Shown one piece after another: positions 59,547 to 64,000 of a stretch of DNA of 64,000 nt. Every line of letters starts with the position of its first letter. Position 1 is the first letter of the stretch. Made by a program: the position numbers and the translations under genes. The DNA is from Candidatus Latescibacterota bacterium (GTDB taxonomy: Bacteria; Latescibacterota; UBA2968; UBA8231): the NCBI GenBank assembly GCA_965206595.1, contig OZ242214.1:1-64000 (forward strand), written 5' to 3'. Below the pieces are notes generated by a model. The model ran no database searches. It was not told the origin of the DNA and saw only the letters and a list, made by a program, of their open reading frames with translations.

Positions 59547-61372
59547 TGCCCCCCGCTCTCCCGGTCGAGCCACACCGGGCTCAACCACGCCCGGTGCCCG
59601 TCCTTCTGCCGCAGGCGCAGGTAGTAGTAGGATCCCGACCCTTCCGGGACCGGAAGCTCGGCCCCGTCGATCTCCACGTCCCAGGAATCGGGCGCGTCCT
59701 GCCAGACGCACTGCCCGTTGGAAATAATTTCGATCCGCTCGATCGGCGCGGTCCCGTGCAGGCTGGCGGAGAAATGTACCTCTCCTCCTTCGGCCAGCAC
59801 GCCCTCCGCCCCGGAGCGCACCCCGTTGACGGCGTAGCCGCAGACGATCGGCACGCCGGACGTCGCGTAGGTCCAGCGCTCGTCCATCGCCTGCCACACC
59901 GCCTCGCGGGTCAGCTTCGCCGCCCGGAAACAGGTCATCCCGACGTAGCTTCCCGGGAGTTGCGTCGGGTGCCCCTGGTGGTTGTCGGTCCCGGCCACGA
60001 AACCCAGGCGCCAGCCCCTGGCGAAGGCATCCTGCACCGAAGCACCCATCCCCCCGTTGCGAATACCCCAGTACTCGTCGAGCGCGTCCGCCTCGAAATC
60101 GCCCCGGCCCTGGACGATTTCCACCAGCCTGGCCCGCTCGTTGGGGAACTCCCAGTGGTATTCCGACCAGTAGAACGACTTCCCCATGACCTCGCGGTGC
60201 TTGCCGTACTCGATGGGCTGTCCGCAGTTGGGATGGTGCGGCACCATGACCACGTCCCTGTCCCAGGTCACCTCCGAGGGGCAGAGCTCCGGCTTCCAGT
60301 GCCAGGTGCCGCCGTCGACTTCCGGGGTGCGCAGGTAGAGGTTGGCGTGCCCGTAGGCGTTGGAGCTTTCCCACGCGGGGATGGTCACGAAGCGACCCGG
60401 CTCGTTGAACTCCTCGTTGACCGCCAGGCACTCGTCCCACCCGGGGCCGATCGGGGCGTGGTCCGTCATCGCCACCACGTCGAGGTTGAGGTGGTCGCGG
60501 GCATAGGCGTAGGCCGCGCGCGGTTCGCGGTCGCCGTCCACCGAAAGCCGCGTGTGGAAGTGGATGCCGCCGAAGAAGTGGCCGCGCTCGCCGACCGCAT
60601 GCGCCGGACCGCCCCGGGCTTCGAGCCCGCGTTCTGGATCCCTCACCTCGATGCGGACCGGGCCGTCGGCCTGCACCTCGACGCCCTCGACCACGCCCCG
60701 TCCGTCAGCGCCGGTTTCCACCTCGGCGGGCAGCCCGGCGACCGCACCGTCGGCCTGCACGGCCACCTTCCCGCGGTAAGAGGGTATCGGATTGAGATTG
60801 TCGTCCGTGGCGAAGATCACGACCCTGCGCTTTCCTTCCGCGTCGGCCGTAGCGGAGATCCGGCCCTCCAGCCGCGTCAGGGGGCCGGGGGCGTTGAGCA
60901 GCGGAATCGGCTCGCCAACCTTCTCGAACACCTCGGCTTCGGGCCGCCGCACCCGCACCTGCAGGGCGCCGCTGACATCCGCATGAGGCGACGGCGCAAT
61001 TCCAAAGGGAAAGACCAGCCGCGCTCCCGGGCTCAGCGACCCGGTGACCTGGACGGTGCACAGGTAGACCTCGTTGACCGGCCGCCCCACCAGGCCGCCG
61101 CCGGCAGGACCGTCGCCGCCCCGGGTCAGATCGGTCCAGTCGCCCGGCAGCCCGTGCCCGATCACCACCACGCCCTCGCCCCCTTCGACAAACGGGTCTG
61201 CCAGCGTCCACTGGTGTGAATAGGTATGGAAGGTGCTGACCGTAACGCGCACGTCGGCGCCGGCTTCCAGGCCGGCCGGACATGCGACGAACAGCCGCAG
61301 GGGCTTGCACTGCCGGTCGGTGGCGACGAACTCCGTCTGTCCTTCAAAATGAATTTCCAACTGCTCGTACAT
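59543..61372 (-). CDS. PHP-domain hydrolase (DUF3604/CehA-McbA-like)
   Basis: 'GIHFHTRLSVDG', 'TDH', 'PHHP', 'GFVAGTDNH', 'AWLSPVW'. Confidence 0.8.
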   Translation of the reverse strand: MYEQLEIHFEGQTEFVATDRQCKPLRLFVACPAGLEAGADVRVTVSTFHTYSHQWTLADPFVEGGEGVVVIGHGLPGDWTDLTRGGDGPAGGGLVGRPVNEVYLCTVQVTGSLSPGARLVFPFGIAPSPHADVSGALQVRVRRPEAEVFEKVGEPIPLLNAPGPLTRLEGRISATADAEGKRRVVIFATDDNLNPIPSYRGKVAVQADGAVAGLPAEVETGADGRGVVEGVEVQADGPVRIEVRDPERGLEARGGPAHAVGERGHFFGGIHFHTRLSVDGDREPRAAYAYARDHLNLDVVAMTDHAPIGPGWDECLAVNEEFNEPGRFVTIPAWESSNAYGHANLYLRTPEVDGGTWHWKPELCPSEVTWDRDVVMVPHHPNCGQPIEYGKHREVMGKSFYWSEYHWEFPNERARLVEIVQGRGDFEADALDEYWGIRNGGMGASVQDAFARGWRLGFVAGTDNHQGHPTQLPGSYVGMTCFRAAKLTREAVWQAMDERWTYATSGVPIVCGYAVNGVRSGAEGVLAEGGEVHFSASLHGTAPIERIEIISNGQCVWQDAPDSWDVEIDGAELPVPEGSGSYYYLRLRQKDGHRAWLSPVWLDRESGGQ

Positions 61373-61407
61373 GAGGTTCCCTCGATTCTGCGCGGTTGGC
61401 CGCCTGG

Positions 61408-61650
61408 CTAACAAGCCTGCGCGATACGCCGTGCGTGCCTGTCGTCCAGCAGCACCGTGCACTCAGGATGCTCCAAGGCCAAAGCCAGTGCGGCCAATTC
61501 TCCCACTCCCAGATCCAGATTCAACCATTCGGATGGAATCACGCGAGGGTCAACGATCTTGAGCCACTCGTAGTGTTGTGGATCGGGAACGTCATACCCT
61601 CTTTGTCGTCCTTCCGACAACTCTTGCGACACGGCCGTTGGAATCCACAC
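61408..61650 (-). pseudogene. DUF3368/PIN-domain fragment
   Basis: 'IPTAVSQEL...LGVGELAALALA...LLDDRHARRIA'; N- and C-termini missing. Confidence 0.65.
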
Positions 61651-61735
61651 TTCATTCTACAGGGTGGAAAGCCATTTCAGGGCGCTATGGCCTGACAATT
61701 CAAGCCTCTGTGAGGTTGGCAAGGAAGGGAGCAAA

Positions 61736-62722
61736 ATGGAGAAACGGACTCTTGGCCGCACGGGACTCGAGGTCAGTGTGCTGGGAATGGGGGGACTCTA
61801 CGTCTCCGGCGCGGGTACCGGTGGCCGTGACGGATGCCGCGCCGTACACCGCGCCCTCGAGCTCGGCGTGAACTACGTGGATACGGCGCCCGCCTACCGC
61901 GACAGCGAAGAGGTTCTGGGCATCGCGCTCGAAGGTGTGACCCAGCCGTACTATCTCGCGACCAAGCTCGGCGGCCGCCCGGAGCCGTTCGATCCCCAGG
62001 ACAAGGATCTCCTGCGGCGGTCGGTCGATGAAAGCCTGCGGCTGCTCAAACGCGATGGTATCGACGTCCTGCTGATACATGAACCGGATCGCCCCGGTCA
62101 GTACGACTGGTGGACGGACTACGACCGTTTCCACGGACCGGTCTGCGATCTGCTGGAAGAGCTGAAGGCGGAGAAGATCATCCGCTTCACCGGACTCGGC
62201 GGCACCACCGCCTATCAGCTTCCCCTCATCATGGCGACCGGGAGCTACGACGTCGTCCTGACGGCGTTCAACTACAGCCTGCTCTGGCGGGAAGCGGCCA
62301 TCGCCGTCTTCCCCGAAGCCAGGCGGCGGAACATGGGCCTCGTCATCGGCTCGCCGCTTCAACAGGGCGCCCTGTCGCGGCGCTACCCCGAAATAGAAAC
62401 CGGGGCGCCGTGGCTGAGCCCGCCGCGACAGGAACAGTTTCGGCGGCTGTACGGGTTCCTGGATGAAACCGGACTGTCGCTGCCGGAGGCTGCGCTGCGC
62501 ATGATGGTGGCAAGCCCCGACGTCTCCACCGTCCTGATGGGAGCGCGGTCGGTGGAGGAGGTGGAAGAGAATGTGCGCGCGGTGGAAGCGGGGCCGCTGC
62601 CGGCGGATCTCCTCGGCGAGCTTCAGGAGATTGCGGACATGGTGCCGTTCCGGCCGGCTGAAGAGCCTTTCGGCCTGCCGTTCGGACGGCCGTACAAGGG
62701 CCCCGGCCATGCCGGCAGGTAG
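61736..62722 (+). CDS. Aldo/keto reductase
   Basis: 'RTLGRTGLEVSVLGMG', 'YVDTAPAY', 'ATK', 'SLRLL...LIH'. Confidence 0.92.
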   Translation: MEKRTLGRTGLEVSVLGMGGLYVSGAGTGGRDGCRAVHRALELGVNYVDTAPAYRDSEEVLGIALEGVTQPYYLATKLGGRPEPFDPQDKDLLRRSVDESLRLLKRDGIDVLLIHEPDRPGQYDWWTDYDRFHGPVCDLLEELKAEKIIRFTGLGGTTAYQLPLIMATGSYDVVLTAFNYSLLWREAAIAVFPEARRRNMGLVIGSPLQQGALSRRYPEIETGAPWLSPPRQEQFRRLYGFLDETGLSLPEAALRMMVASPDVSTVLMGARSVEEVEENVRAVEAGPLPADLLGELQEIADMVPFRPAEEPFGLPFGRPYKGPGHAGR

Positions 62723-62769
62723 GATCGGGAGAAGGCTGGATGGGAATGCGGGAAAGGGGCGCCTGTCAA

Positions 62770-63276
62770 CTATCCCGGTGAGGTGCGGTCGCGGACCTCG
62801 CGCAGGAACGCATCCAAAGCCCCGAGATCGCTCAGCACCGCCGGATGGGCATCGTCCAGGGTCGCCAGCAGAAAGTCGATGCGAGCCCAGTCGTACTCCA
62901 TCTCCACGTAGTAGCGGCGGAAGTGGCGAAAACGGAGCAACTCGCGGAGGCGGACGAGGTTGCCGTCCCCCACCACCTTCGTCCGTACCCCTTCGATCTC
63001 GAGGTTCATCTTTTCCAGCAGGGTGGAATGCCAACGCCCCTGCGGCAGGTCGTTCTCGAAGTAACCTGAGACCCGAACGAAGAAGGTTTCGAGGGCCGTA
63101 TAGTAGGTTTCCAGGTAGCCTGCGACGACCAGAGCGCTGTCATCGGTGCGGCCGATGCGGGGCAGCGTCGAGTCCCGGGCATGGCCGAGCTTGGAGTAGA
63201 TTGCCTCTACTCGTTCCCGCGCCTGCGCGAGCTCGGCGATCAGCTCGTCGATGCCGCGTTCAGGCCGGGTCTCCAT
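62770..63276 (-). CDS. HEPN-domain (HepT-like) toxin
   Basis: 'YYTALE', 'WHSTLL..M', 'LLRFRHFRRYY'; downstream of MNT. Confidence 0.75.
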   Translation of the reverse strand: METRPERGIDELIAELAQARERVEAIYSKLGHARDSTLPRIGRTDDSALVVAGYLETYYTALETFFVRVSGYFENDLPQGRWHSTLLEKMNLEIEGVRTKVVGDGNLVRLRELLRFRHFRRYYVEMEYDWARIDFLLATLDDAHPAVLSDLGALDAFLREVRDRTSPG

Positions 63277-63643
63277 CTTTCCATGCCACTCTGCCGAAGC
63301 GCCGGATGAGGTCGGCCCTTCCCGGATCGAGGCGCTCCATGACGACGAGGTCGACGTGGAAGTCGGTCATCGAATCCGCCTGGGACCGGATGGCCGCCAG
63401 GGTTTGTTCGTCGCAGTTCATCCCCTCGACGGCGATGTCGATATCCGAGATTTCCGAGAAGCGTTCGGTATGGACGAGGGACCCCCACTGGTAAATACGC
63501 GGGGGCCGGTACTGCGCGGCTATTGCGGAGATGATCCGGGCCGCGTCCCTCTGTGCGGACTGCAACCGACGGTGAAGAGCCTCTCGCCGCCGCTTGTGCC
63601 GGCTGACAACCCAGCGGGCGGCGGCGGCAGTATCGACAGCCAT
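63260..63643 (-). CDS. Minimal nucleotidyltransferase (MntA-like antitoxin)
   Basis: 'WGSL...SDIDIAVEG', 'VDLV'. Confidence 0.82.
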   Translation of the reverse strand: MAVDTAAAARWVVSRHKRRREALHRRLQSAQRDAARIISAIAAQYRPPRIYQWGSLVHTERFSEISDIDIAVEGMNCDEQTLAAIRSQADSMTDFHVDLVVMERLDPGRADLIRRFGRVAWKDGDPA

Positions 63644-63763
63644 ATTCCCTCTCAGGTGAACGCGATTAGCATACCTTCTGTGAATCCTCTGTCAAGAATA
63701 TCGAACGCAGGAACGGGACCGGCATGGCAGGCAGGTAGGCAGGTGTAGCAGGTAGAATGCGAA

Positions 63764-63799
63764 AAGCCTTCCGAAGGCATGGGAACCTTCGGAAGGCTT
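63764..63799 (-). terminator. Hairpin / probable terminator
   Basis: Perfect 14-bp stem AAGCCTTCCGAAGG...CCTTCGGAAGGCTT; short T-run on minus strand. Confidence 0.7.
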
Positions 63800-63864
63800 G
63801 AAGAGCCGGAGACCGAAAGGAATCAGGTCTCAGGCAGTCGGCGCCGGCTGCGCCGGCGGATGCT

Positions 63865-64000
63865 TCACCGCAGCGCCAGGCGCAGCATGACCCCGTGGTC
63901 CGGAGGGGCGTTGCCGGCGGTGCTCTCGCGGCGCGTTCCCTCGATGCCCAGCTTCATCCCCTCCCGCTGCGGAAGCTCCAGCCGGCAGCCCAGGCGCACC
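63865..64000 (-). CDS. 3' end of an autotransporter-barrel-like protein (partial)
   Basis: Hand translation 'VRLGCRL...LGIEGTRRESTAGNAPPDHGVMLRLALR*'. Confidence 0.45.
   Translation of the reverse strand, partial: VRLGCRLELPQREGMKLGIEGTRRESTAGNAPPDHGVMLRLALR

Noticed and set aside
1-64000. CRISPR array or cas genes
   Set aside because: No short regularly spaced direct repeats with unique spacers seen; no Cas motifs

Overview
High-GC bacterial chromosome segment. The FlgD/Ig-type 'PNxPNPFN' C-terminal domains, TWGxIK-tailed secreted proteins, ankyrin/WD40/FN3/cadherin proteins and several PhyH dioxygenases suggest a Latescibacterota-like, possibly sponge-associated organism (inference only). 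Left to right: (1) an integrase-less integron cassette array on the minus strand (4 cassettes, 3 attC sites, one cassette with a non-canonical GAT/ATC core), hit by IS1380 and ISL3; (2) housekeeping and metabolic genes (Gfo/Idh/MocA, PHP hydrolase, ppx, rsmD, hisA, Nramp, tRNA-Glu, GH4) plus a tandem pair of large M30-like metallopeptidases, one decayed; (3) an sspABCD-type DNA phosphorothioation operon with a truncated sspB and, in place of sspE, an SBD-HNH phosphorothioate-dependent nuclease; (4) a P4-like integrase, IS701/IS5/IS481 remnants and a mosaic of gene fragments; (5) a ~1.09 kb-period tandem array of divergent, mosaic [secreted protein + 5' end of a large surface glycosidase/adhesin] units, lying between the two ends of a group II intron, with a further paralogous pair downstream; (6) PHP hydrolase, aldo/keto reductase and an MNT-HEPN toxin-antitoxin pair. 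All calls come from reading motifs by eye; no database searches were run. Several frameshifts could be assembly errors.
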